NCBI GenBank assembly: GCA_964540515.1
Contig: CAZIMS010000010.1
Coordinates: forward strand, 6,395-70,394
Direction of reading: 5' to 3'
Source of the DNA: an uncultured Pseudomonadota bacterium
GTDB taxonomy: Bacteria; CALINM01
DNA: 64,000 nt
Below are positions 9,824 through 18,833 of this stretch, piece by piece. Within the stretch, counting starts at the first letter, position 1. Each line of letters opens with the position of its first letter. The notes under the pieces are model-generated. The model had not been told where the DNA came from and searched no databases. It saw nothing but the letters and a program-made list of their open reading frames with translations. Made by a program: the position numbers and the translations under genes.

Positions 9824-9838
9824 ACAAATATCATACCA
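9824..9838 (-). promoter_or_regulatory. sigma54 -24/-12 promoter of the cus operon
   Basis: Minus strand TGGTATGATATTTGT fits TGGCAC-N5-TTGC spacing, with a C>T change at -12. Confidence 0.6.
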
Positions 9839-9890
9839 ATGATGTAAATTACTGATTTTAATTATAAAAAATTCAAAGGAGAGGAAAACT

Positions 9891-9938
9891 TGGAGAATAT
9901 TCTACAAACTTTTTATCTATTTTGTAGAATATTCAACA
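9891..9938. promoter_or_regulatory. tandem enhancer (UAS) palindromes for an NtrC-family activator
   Basis: TGGAGAATATTCTACA (9891-9906) and TGTAGAATATTCAACA (9923-9938): each one mismatch from the palindrome TGTAGAATATTCTACA, 32 bp apart. Confidence 0.65.
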
Positions 9939-9954
9939 CTTGAGAGGGTTTATA

Positions 9955-11298
9955 TTATTCCAAACCATATTTTTCTAATCTATATAGTAGAACATGTCTT
10001 GGAAGGCCTAAGTATTCTGCTGTCTTAGATTTGTTACCCTTAAACTTTTTTAGAGATAAAAGTATTATATTTTTCTCTAAATCTTCTAAATTAAGTCCTT
10101 CTTCCGGAAGGCTAATATCAAAGCTTTTTCTATCTATATTGTTTATCTCCTGTGGAAGGTCAACAACATCTATAACTCTTGACCTTGCCATTACGCACAA
10201 TCTATAAACTATATTCTCAAGCTCTCTTACGTTACCATACCATTCATAATTAATAAGCTTAGCCATGGCCTTTTCGGTAATCTCTATATCCTTAAAGCCA
10301 TATTTTTTCATAAAATGCTTAATGAGGTAGGGTATATCCTCCTTTCTTTCTCTTAAGGGAGGTATATTGATAGGAAAGACATTGAGTCTATAAAATAAGT
10401 CTTCTCTAAACTTACCATCTTTTATCAGCTTCGGTAGATTTCTATTAGTTGCTGATAGTACTCTTACGTCTACTTTTATTGGTCTTGAGCTACCTAACTG
10501 CTCTATCTCGCCTTCCTGAAGAAATCTAAGGAGTTTAGCCTGAATATGATAGGGTATCTCTCCAATCTCATCAAGAAATATAGTGCCTCCATCGGCCATC
10601 TGAATCTTTCCTTTTTTATCGCTCTCTGCGCCCGTAAAGGCACCCCTTTTGTAGCCAAAAAGCTCACTCTCAAAGAGGTTTTCAGGTATGGCAGAACAGT
10701 TAATTGATAAAAAAGGTTTGTCAGACCTTTTGCTTCTTACATGTATCTCCCTGGCAAAGAGCTCTTTACCAACCCCACTTTCCCCCATAATAATAACAGT
10801 TCCATCGGTAGAAGCTATTTTATCTATAACCTTAAGTATATCTTTTATCTTCTCACTTACTCCTATTATTTCAGGTTTTACAGAGGATCTAACAAAATTT
10901 TTTAAACTTACATTCTCTATTCTTATCTTCCTAAAGTCTATCGCTTTTTTAACGGTCAACAAAAACTCATCATTATCAAAGGGCTTGGCAATGTAATCAA
11001 AGGCACCTGCTTTGATAGCTTTAACCGCATCAGGAATGTTTCCAAAGGCAGTAATTATAATAACTGGTACCTCTTCATTAATCTTTTTTATATTTTCAAA
11101 GACCTCATAGCCATTTAGGGAGGGCAATTTTATATCAGTGATTACAAGGTCATAGTCAGGATTTTTTTCGAAAAGCTTGACACCCCTTAGCCCATCATCA
11201 CAATGGTCAATCTCTATCCCCTCCCCTTCCATCATAATCTTTATAATGGAAGCAAGGGATAGATTATCTTCTATAAGCAATACCTTGACAGCATTCAT
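9955..11298 (-). CDS. sigma54-dependent response regulator (NtrC family)
   Basis: REC (LLIEDN, DLVITD), GESGVGKE, GAFTGA, FLDEIGE, WYGNVRELEN, C-terminal HTH. Confidence 0.93.
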   Translation of the reverse strand: MNAVKVLLIEDNLSLASIIKIMMEGEGIEIDHCDDGLRGVKLFEKNPDYDLVITDIKLPSLNGYEVFENIKKINEEVPVIIITAFGNIPDAVKAIKAGAFDYIAKPFDNDEFLLTVKKAIDFRKIRIENVSLKNFVRSSVKPEIIGVSEKIKDILKVIDKIASTDGTVIIMGESGVGKELFAREIHVRSKRSDKPFLSINCSAIPENLFESELFGYKRGAFTGAESDKKGKIQMADGGTIFLDEIGEIPYHIQAKLLRFLQEGEIEQLGSSRPIKVDVRVLSATNRNLPKLIKDGKFREDLFYRLNVFPINIPPLRERKEDIPYLIKHFMKKYGFKDIEITEKAMAKLINYEWYGNVRELENIVYRLCVMARSRVIDVVDLPQEINNIDRKSFDISLPEEGLNLEDLEKNIILLSLKKFKGNKSKTAEYLGLPRHVLLYRLEKYGLE

Positions 11299-11321
11299 AA
11301 TTTCAATCTCATAACTAATTA

Positions 11322-12455
11322 CTACAACTCATAGGTAGGCAGTTTTATTATAAACTTAGCTCCCCCATCATTTACAACAAAAATATCACCATTATGCTCT
11401 TTGATTATCTTATGAGCTATTGTAAGCCCCAACCCCGTACCTCTATCCTTTGTGGTAAAAAAGGGCTCGAAAATTTTCTCTCTGATAGACTCATCAATGC
11501 CATAGCCGTTATCGGAGATCTCAAAAAACAAGTGATTATCCCTATAATAACTCTCTATAGATACAATACCTTGATAATCTAAATCCTCACTACTCTCTAT
11601 ACAATTTAGAATTACATTAATTAGAGCCTGTTTGAGAGAGTCTTTATCACCCACTAAGTACATATCCTCATTAAGTGAAGAGGTACTTTTTATTAACACA
11701 TTCTTTTTATTCTTACAGGTTAGATTTACTAACTCGAGAATTTCTTCAAAAAACTCCTTTACCTTTATCTTAATCTCTTTACCCTTCTCTATCCTTGCAT
11801 ACTGCAAAAACCTCTCAACAAAATTATTCAACCTGTCTATCTCAGAGGTTACTACATTCAAAATTCTCTCATCTCTATTCCCAGATTTAATTAGATTTAC
11901 CCCCGACCTTATAGCAGCAAGGGGATTTCTAATTTCATGGGCAATCCCAGCTGTTAACTGACCTAATACCCTTAATCTATCTACCCTTGCCATCTCTTTT
12001 TCTAAACTTATTTTTTCATCGATACTTTTCTCTAACAAGATGAGAGAGTTTCTTAGTTCTTCTGTTAATTGCCTTAGTTTTTCTTTCTCAAGATAAAGTC
12101 TCTGAGAAAAAAGACCCGAAAAAATACCAATAGTATACATCATCACAATCTCTAAAAAAGGTCTTAGTAAGTCTAAATCTTTCACGCCCAGAAGAATTAG
12201 ATAACTTTTTGGGTTATAAATTAAAGACAGTAAGAAAGCAGAAAAGATGCCACCTAATAAACCAAATTTATGGGCTGAGTAAATAATAATTAGATAGAAA
12301 AGATAATAATGGAGAAAGTGAATTATATGGTGAAATGAGACATGACTTCGTAAATGAAAATAGCTAACCAAAAAGGTTGCAAATAAAGCAATATAAAAAT
12401 CCTTTTTAGTTCCTGGAATGTAATAGGTAAAAAGTCTTTTTTTGAGAGAACTCAT
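11322..12455 (-). CDS. membrane sensor histidine kinase with His-rich N-terminal membrane domain
   Basis: AHEIRNPL H-box, N/G1/F/G2 boxes (NVILNC, DNGYGI, FEPFFTTK, GTGLGL); N-terminal HFHLRSHVSFHHIIHFLHYY. Confidence 0.9.
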   Translation of the reverse strand: MSSLKKRLFTYYIPGTKKDFYIALFATFLVSYFHLRSHVSFHHIIHFLHYYLFYLIIIYSAHKFGLLGGIFSAFLLSLIYNPKSYLILLGVKDLDLLRPFLEIVMMYTIGIFSGLFSQRLYLEKEKLRQLTEELRNSLILLEKSIDEKISLEKEMARVDRLRVLGQLTAGIAHEIRNPLAAIRSGVNLIKSGNRDERILNVVTSEIDRLNNFVERFLQYARIEKGKEIKIKVKEFFEEILELVNLTCKNKKNVLIKSTSSLNEDMYLVGDKDSLKQALINVILNCIESSEDLDYQGIVSIESYYRDNHLFFEISDNGYGIDESIREKIFEPFFTTKDRGTGLGLTIAHKIIKEHNGDIFVVNDGGAKFIIKLPTYEL

Positions 12456-12552
12456 AAAAAAACTCTCTTTAAATATACAACAAATAAAAGATTTTAAATA
12501 AGTAGATTTTTTATAGAAGAGTGTCTATTGATTATTAAGAGAATATTAAAGA

Positions 12553-12582
12553 CCCATCCGAAGTTTTTTAACCTCGGATGGG
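12553..12582 (-). terminator. terminator hairpin after actP
   Basis: CCCATCCGA (12553-12561) / TCGGATGGG (12574-12582), 9 bp past the actP stop. Confidence 0.6.
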
Positions 12583-12591
12583 ATTAAGTAT

Positions 12592-14301
12592 TTATTCAGC
12601 TCCGACACCTAAGTAGGTACGCACCTTTTCTTCTTCGAACTTTTTCTGTGCTTCTTTATCTGGAACAGCAATCGAAAACAACCAGCCTACAAAGAATGAG
12701 ATTATTAAAGAAAAAACAGCAGGATTTTTCATTGGAAAGATGGCTTTAGGCATCTTAGACATGATATCTTCTTTCTGTTTAGTAAAAGCGTCTTCTAAGG
12801 CTTTTAGTTGAACCTCTAAATTTAACTTATTCTCTATAGAAGCAACGGCAACTTGACTTTTTAAAGCCTCTATTTGTGGTTTAACTCTTGATTCAAGTTC
12901 ACCAACCTCTTTGAGAACTGCTGCCTTTTCTTTTGCGTGAAAAACATCAACCCAAACAGTAGGGCTTAAAACAATTAAGGTTGTTGCTGTAAGAGAACCA
13001 ATTATTATTGAAGCAACTGCACCAGCAGTGGAAAACTTTTTCCAGAGAATTGAAAGAAGAAGTGCAGGGAAGTTACCACTGGCAGCTATAGCAAAGGCAA
13101 GGCCAACCATAAAGGCTACGTTTTGTCCTTTGAAAAGTATTCCGAGACCAATAGCTACAACACCAAATATTATTGTTGCTATTCTTGCAACCTTAACCTG
13201 CTCTGCCTCATCGGCATGACCCTGTTTGATTACATTTACATAAATATCATGAGCCATAGTGGAGGCTGCAGCTAAGGTAAGACCTGCAACAACAGCAAGA
13301 ATTGTAGCGAAGGCAACTGCTGCAATAAATCCCATAAAGGGTGCTCCGCCTAACTCACTTGCTAACTGAAGAGCTGCCATATTTCCACCTTTATCTATGC
13401 CTCTTATAACATCTTGCCCCGTAAGCCCATTTTTTGCCAACAAAACTGCTGCAGAAAAACCAACAATTGGGATAATTATATAAAAATAGCCAATGAAAGA
13501 GGTGGCGTATATAACTGACTTTCTTGCCTCTTTAGCATCTGGTACGGTATAAAATCTCATCAATATATGAGGAAGACCAAGCAAACCTAACATTAATGCA
13601 AGTCCGAGAGAGAAGGCATCGAGAGGATTTGTAACTAACCCACCTGGTTCTAACATCTTTGTTCCATAAAGGTTTTGTACCTCTGCGTATAAATTGGCTG
13701 GATTAAAACCAAACTTAGCTAAACTAAGAATTGTAAGTATTGTTACTCCACCTAAAAGAAGAACTGCTTTTATTATTTGAACCCAGGTCGTTGCAAGCAT
13801 ACCACCAAAAAGCACGTATACAAGCATAACAATACCAACGATTATTTCTGCTGTTTCATAGGGGATATTAAACATCATCTTAATTAGATTACCAGATCCA
13901 ACCATCTGAGCAATAGTATAGGCTAAAACGGTTAGAATGCTTCCTATGGCCGCAGCAACACGTATAGGTTTTTGCTTAAGCCTAAAGGCAACAACATCAG
14001 CAAATGTAAACTTACCTAAATTTCTTAAAGGTTCTGCAATAAGAAACATTAAAGCAGGCCAACCAACAAGCCAGCCTGTGGCATAAATCATCCCATCATA
14101 ACCACTTAAAGCAACCATTCCTGCTATCCCAAGGAATGATGCTGCAGACATATAGTCACCCGCTAGTGCTAAACCATTCTGAAAACCTGTAACACTTCTT
14201 CCCGCTGCATAAAATTCACTGGTTGTCTTTGTCTTTTTGGCAGCCCAGTAAGTAATAGCAAGGGTGAGAAAAATAAATATTAAGAAAAAGGTTATTGCCA
14301 T
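12592..14301 (-). CDS. actP: cation/acetate symporter (SSS family)
   Basis: QNGLALAGDYMSAASFLG, GGMLATTWVQIIKAVLL, GLPHILMRFYTV, AASGNFP; follows DUF485 as in yjcH-actP. Confidence 0.92.
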   Translation of the reverse strand: MAITFFLIFIFLTLAITYWAAKKTKTTSEFYAAGRSVTGFQNGLALAGDYMSAASFLGIAGMVALSGYDGMIYATGWLVGWPALMFLIAEPLRNLGKFTFADVVAFRLKQKPIRVAAAIGSILTVLAYTIAQMVGSGNLIKMMFNIPYETAEIIVGIVMLVYVLFGGMLATTWVQIIKAVLLLGGVTILTILSLAKFGFNPANLYAEVQNLYGTKMLEPGGLVTNPLDAFSLGLALMLGLLGLPHILMRFYTVPDAKEARKSVIYATSFIGYFYIIIPIVGFSAAVLLAKNGLTGQDVIRGIDKGGNMAALQLASELGGAPFMGFIAAVAFATILAVVAGLTLAAASTMAHDIYVNVIKQGHADEAEQVKVARIATIIFGVVAIGLGILFKGQNVAFMVGLAFAIAASGNFPALLLSILWKKFSTAGAVASIIIGSLTATTLIVLSPTVWVDVFHAKEKAAVLKEVGELESRVKPQIEALKSQVAVASIENKLNLEVQLKALEDAFTKQKEDIMSKMPKAIFPMKNPAVFSLIISFFVGWLFSIAVPDKEAQKKFEEEKVRTYLGVGAE

Positions 14302-14349
14302 ACTCCCCCCAGTTTATATTTTTTATAAAATCTTAAACATATTTTAAAC

Positions 14350-14649
14350 TTATACAAGCTCCTTCTTTAACTCAGCTACAGTCTTATCGTAGGAGTTGTT
14401 AGCCCACAATACATAAATCACCGTTAGTAACCATGAACCTATTATTACTCCAACCCCCATAATAATTCCAATATTAGTAGCAACACCTATCTTGACTTTT
14501 AAAACATCTTTTGCATAACCAATCATACCAATATAACCGTAATAAAATAAAAACAGAAAAAACGTTAATACAAAACTCACCATCCATCTCTTTGTTACGA
14601 GCTTCTTAAACTTTTCAGAGTTAACAATCTCTTCTGCAGATTTTGCCAT
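14350..14649 (-). CDS. DUF485 (YjcH-like) membrane protein
   Basis: Two TM helices, YVLWAN..YD motif, directly upstream of actP. Confidence 0.85.
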   Translation of the reverse strand: MAKSAEEIVNSEKFKKLVTKRWMVSFVLTFFLFLFYYGYIGMIGYAKDVLKVKIGVATNIGIIMGVGVIIGSWLLTVIYVLWANNSYDKTVAELKKELV

Positions 14650-14825
14650 ATTATCACCTCCTTTTTGTTTTGCTATAAATGTGTATTTAAAAAATAAAAC
14701 ATATTAAATACTGATTTATACAGTAAATTAATGTTTTATTTTTGTCAAGAATATTATTTTTAAAACAAAAAAATTTTAATCTTTATGATTGAAAATTCTA
14801 AATATATTAAAATGATGTATTTCTA

Positions 14826-16949
14826 TTAACCAACTTTAATGTATTGAAAATCTCTGTTGAAATAGACCTTTAGTATTTTCTTTATGAATTTTATATATTC
14901 TTGATTGGGAGACTTAAAATAGTTTTCCGTGTTTGTCTTCATCTTTTCGATAATATCTGTATCTTTTAATATATTTACAAACCTAAAGTCTGGCATACCC
15001 GACTGTCTAGTCCCCATTATCTCACCAGGACCTCTAAGCTGTAGATCAAACTCTGCCAATTTAAAGCCATCTAAGTTATCTCTAAAAAAAATTAATCTCT
15101 CTCTCCCCTCCTTGCTCAGCCTTTTAATATCTACAAGTACAATACAAAAAGATTGATCCCCACCACGACCAATTCTACCCCTTAATTGGTGTAACTGAGA
15201 AAGACCAAACCTCTCTCCGTGTTCTATTATCATCACTGTTGATTTTGGCACATCTACACCTACCTCTATTACAGTAGTTGACACAAGTATGTTTATCTTG
15301 CTCTTTTTAAAATTATCCATTATAGCTTCTTTTTCTTCCGTGCTAACTTTACCGTGAAGAAGAGCTACCTCATATTGTGAAAATCTTTCTTTAACCACTT
15401 CATACATCTCTTTAGCCGATTTTAAATCTAACTGATTTTCTTCTTCTATAACAGGATAAACTATATAGGATTGAAAACCTTTCTTTATCTCTTCTTCAAG
15501 CAGCTTGAAGGCTCTTTCTCGTTGATTTTCTGGATACAAGATTGTTTTGATGGGTTTTCTCCCTGGTGGTAACTCATCTATGGTCGACAAATCAAGATCT
15601 CCATATAAAGTCATAATGAGGGTCCTTGGAATGGGTGTAGCAGTCATGTATAAGATATGGGGATTATTCCCCTTCTTAATTAGTAGATTTCTCTGTTCAA
15701 CACCAAATCTGTGTTGTTCATCAATAATAGCAAGTCCAAGGTCATAAAAACTAACATTTTCTTGGATAAGTGAGTGGGTGCCTATAATGATATTAGTATC
15801 ACCTTTCTCCACAGTCTTAAGTATATCCTCCTTTTCCTTTTTCTTAAGGGAAGAGGTAATTAGATGGGTATTTATCTTAAAATCTTTTAGAAATCTTTTT
15901 ACATTTAAATAATGCTGCTCTGCTAGAATCTCTGTAGGAACCATAAAGGCTACCTGTTTACCTGCTTCAACTACCATCAAGGCAGAACACAAAGCAACAA
16001 GAGTTTTACCAGAACCTACATCACCCTGTAGCAACCTATGCATAGGCTTATCTTTTAATAAATCTGACCTTATCTCCTCAATGACCTTAATCTGTGCCTT
16101 TGTAAGAGAAAATCCTAAGGTCTCTATAAGCTTTTTTAAGAGATTTTCAGAAAATTCTAAAGGCTTAATCTTTACCCTTTCTATTTCTTTTCTCTTCTCT
16201 ATAAAAATAGAAAAAAATAGAAAAAGTTCTTCAAAAATTAAAGACTGATGATAAATATTTCTTCTATTCTCCCAACTATCCCTATCAAAATTATCTTGTG
16301 GGAAATGAACATTTAAAAGGGCTTCACCTGTATCAACTATAGAGAAAACTCTTTTTACCTCTTCAGGAAGTAAAGATTTTAAGATTTTTCTTCCCTCTAA
16401 TAGTACATTATAAATAATCTTCCTGTAGATCTTCTCACTAATGCTCTGAGGAAGTCCATAGTAACAGGGCAGAATCTTTATCTTCTCATTATCATTTGAT
16501 AACTCTTCTTTCTCGATTTCTGGATGGGGGATCTCTTTAAAACCTCTAAAGACTTTTACTTTGCCAAAAATATTTATCTGATTATCCTTATTGAGATTTT
16601 CCTTGACGAACTGTGGTGGGTCGTAAAACCATCTTAAGGTTAGATAACCTGTGCCATCTGTGACAAGAGCTGTATAACCTTTTTGCCTCTTGTTTAGAAA
16701 ACCCTTTGGTATCCAGATTCCACTGTTTAATGTTTTAACCTTAAGATAAGCATAATCACCATCTCTTAACTCTGATATCTTTTTGATTCTTCTTTTATCA
16801 ATCCATTGATAGGGGGTATTAAAGATTATATCTCTAACTAACTTAATACCTTTCTTTTCAAGGACTAAGGCCGTTTTCTCTCCAACTCCTTTAAAATTTC
16901 TGAGGGAGCTGTTAAGAAACTTCTCAATCCGATCCAAATCCTCCATCAT
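14826..16949 (-). CDS. recG: ATP-dependent DNA helicase RecG
   Basis: Wedge domain, LLQGDVGSGKT, IIDEQHRFGV, MTATPIPRTL, QLHQLRGRIGRG, DLQLRGPGE. Confidence 0.97.
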   Translation of the reverse strand: MMEDLDRIEKFLNSSLRNFKGVGEKTALVLEKKGIKLVRDIIFNTPYQWIDKRRIKKISELRDGDYAYLKVKTLNSGIWIPKGFLNKRQKGYTALVTDGTGYLTLRWFYDPPQFVKENLNKDNQINIFGKVKVFRGFKEIPHPEIEKEELSNDNEKIKILPCYYGLPQSISEKIYRKIIYNVLLEGRKILKSLLPEEVKRVFSIVDTGEALLNVHFPQDNFDRDSWENRRNIYHQSLIFEELFLFFSIFIEKRKEIERVKIKPLEFSENLLKKLIETLGFSLTKAQIKVIEEIRSDLLKDKPMHRLLQGDVGSGKTLVALCSALMVVEAGKQVAFMVPTEILAEQHYLNVKRFLKDFKINTHLITSSLKKKEKEDILKTVEKGDTNIIIGTHSLIQENVSFYDLGLAIIDEQHRFGVEQRNLLIKKGNNPHILYMTATPIPRTLIMTLYGDLDLSTIDELPPGRKPIKTILYPENQRERAFKLLEEEIKKGFQSYIVYPVIEEENQLDLKSAKEMYEVVKERFSQYEVALLHGKVSTEEKEAIMDNFKKSKINILVSTTVIEVGVDVPKSTVMIIEHGERFGLSQLHQLRGRIGRGGDQSFCIVLVDIKRLSKEGRERLIFFRDNLDGFKLAEFDLQLRGPGEIMGTRQSGMPDFRFVNILKDTDIIEKMKTNTENYFKSPNQEYIKFIKKILKVYFNRDFQYIKVG

Positions 16950-18388
16950 TTTCTTATATCAATTATTTTAAGGCTCACTCTACCTAAATATAGAGATATG
17001 TCCTCTGTGTTTTCTTCTTCAGTAAGTTTTATGTGAGTTGGATTTGCAGGGAACTCCCCAAAGGTAGCATCTATTGGTACAAAATAGCCATCAAGATACA
17101 CCTCATTCCAGGCATGGTAAAGAAAACTTTTATTTTCTGCAGAATAAACAATACCACCTACTAATTTTGCTGGTATATTAAGGCTTCTTAGCAAAGCAGC
17201 TGTTAGCATTGAATGGGCTTCACACTCTCCCTCTTTTGTCTTTAATACTTCAAGGGCAGACATCCTATCTTTTAGAGACTTTTTAATATTTTTATTCACC
17301 CACTCTACAACTTTTTTAACCTTTTCTCTGTCTGTTTTTAAACCTCCCACGATCTTTTTTGCTGTTTCTATAATATCTTTGTCATTACTTTGTATTTTTG
17401 GAGTTGCCTTAAGATACTTATCAATAGAAACCTTATCATCTTTTTTTACAAGGGGGTTAATAGATGTTTGAATTATAATTTTCTTCCCTTCTTTTTTCAC
17501 CTGCTGATATTGAGAGCTTGGCGGCAAAACAGCTTCTACCCCTGAGAGTTCAAAGATAATCTCTTTAATATCTTCAATCTTCTCATTAAGGACCGTGGGG
17601 ATAGAAATATAAGTAAGTATGTCATAAATAGATGTGGTATCCTCAATTTTAACAGCCTCTTCTTTAGACATTTTTTTCAAAGTAAACCCCTGCAGGGACT
17701 CTTCTTTATAAATACTTCCATCCTCATAGACATGGCTTGTTATATTTATATTTCCTAAGGTTTGTTTAAGGGGGTATATCTTGCTCTTTTTTTCTATAAT
17801 TGGTTTAGCAACTTCAACTTTTAAGTTTTCAACCTTTTGCATTGCCTCGACATATACCCTGAAGTTATAAATCTTTCCTTCTTTAATCCCTTCTTTCAAA
17901 ACTATGAAACCAGCTGCCGATAGAGGGATTGTGTCTGCTGATAGCTTCTCCTCTGTATATCTGCCTGCAGAAAAGGTTCTTAAGATTAAGTTATCTCCTT
18001 TCTTAACTCCCTTTATCTCCAGCTCTGACTCCCCTATCTTTTGAGTATAATGAAAATAGATAGGTTTGTATGATTGTGACAGCACTATCTCTTCTTTTAA
18101 GATTGTATATATCTTTTCCTGACCTAAATCTAACCTTATCAAACCTGTCCCTGATACAAAGTAGGCAAGCTCATTTTCTAATAAGATATCGCTTGCAGTC
18201 CCCTGAAAATAGCCTATTTTTTTATCATTAAAAAATAGACCTAAATACTCATCTTTTATAATCTTCTTAATCTCAAAGTTTGGTTTAACAAAGTCAGAAC
18301 TTTCCCCTTTATTGCAAGAAAGTAAAACAAGAAAAAGAAGTAATAGAAGCCTATAGACTTTAGGGCTTTTCAATAGATAGAACCTCAA
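16946..18388 (-). CDS. transglutaminase-like lipoprotein
   Basis: Lipobox LLSC; catalytic-triad motifs GECEAHS, YHAWNEV, PIDAT. Start codon uncertain. Confidence 0.8.
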   Translation of the reverse strand: MRFYLLKSPKVYRLLLLLFLVLLSCNKGESSDFVKPNFEIKKIIKDEYLGLFFNDKKIGYFQGTASDILLENELAYFVSGTGLIRLDLGQEKIYTILKEEIVLSQSYKPIYFHYTQKIGESELEIKGVKKGDNLILRTFSAGRYTEEKLSADTIPLSAAGFIVLKEGIKEGKIYNFRVYVEAMQKVENLKVEVAKPIIEKKSKIYPLKQTLGNINITSHVYEDGSIYKEESLQGFTLKKMSKEEAVKIEDTTSIYDILTYISIPTVLNEKIEDIKEIIFELSGVEAVLPPSSQYQQVKKEGKKIIIQTSINPLVKKDDKVSIDKYLKATPKIQSNDKDIIETAKKIVGGLKTDREKVKKVVEWVNKNIKKSLKDRMSALEVLKTKEGECEAHSMLTAALLRSLNIPAKLVGGIVYSAENKSFLYHAWNEVYLDGYFVPIDATFGEFPANPTHIKLTEEENTEDISLYLGRVSLKIIDIRK

Positions 18389-18833
18389 ACTCCTTCACTC
18401 CAATGGGTACCTGAATCTTTACTACATCCCCCGCACTCTTACCTATTAATGCCTTACCAATAGGTGATGTATAAGAAATCTTACCTGCCTTTACATCGGA
18501 CTCATCCTCAGATACAATCTGATATGTAAACTCTTCATCGGTATTAAGATCAAGAACAGTAACTTTCAGTCCAAAGGCAACCTTATCAGTCTTTAGGGTA
18601 CTTGGGTCAATTATTACTGCCTTAGCAAGCTTACCCTCCAACTCGCTTATTTTTGCCTCTATGAGCCCCTGTCTATTCCTTGCGGCATCATATTCCGCAT
18701 TTTCGGATAAATCACCATGAGCCCTAGCCTCGGCAATATCTTTAATTACCTTGGGTCTCTCGACCTTTTTTAAATGTTCCAACTCATTCCTTAGCTTTTC
18801 ATAACACTCTTTGGTCATAGGGTATCTATCCAT
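18360..18833 (-). CDS. greA: transcription elongation factor GreA
   Basis: [28 protein letters not shown]. Confidence 0.97.
   Translation of the reverse strand: MDRYPMTKECYEKLRNELEHLKKVERPKVIKDIAEARAHGDLSENAEYDAARNRQGLIEAKISELEGKLAKAVIIDPSTLKTDKVAFGLKVTVLDLNTDEEFTYQIVSEDESDVKAGKISYTSPIGKALIGKSAGDVVKIQVPIGVKEFEVLSIEKP

Noticed and set aside
9895-9934. 14-bp inverted repeat read as a terminator
   Set aside because: The stem is AT-rich with a 12-nt loop; it is better explained as two phased palindromic operator sites.
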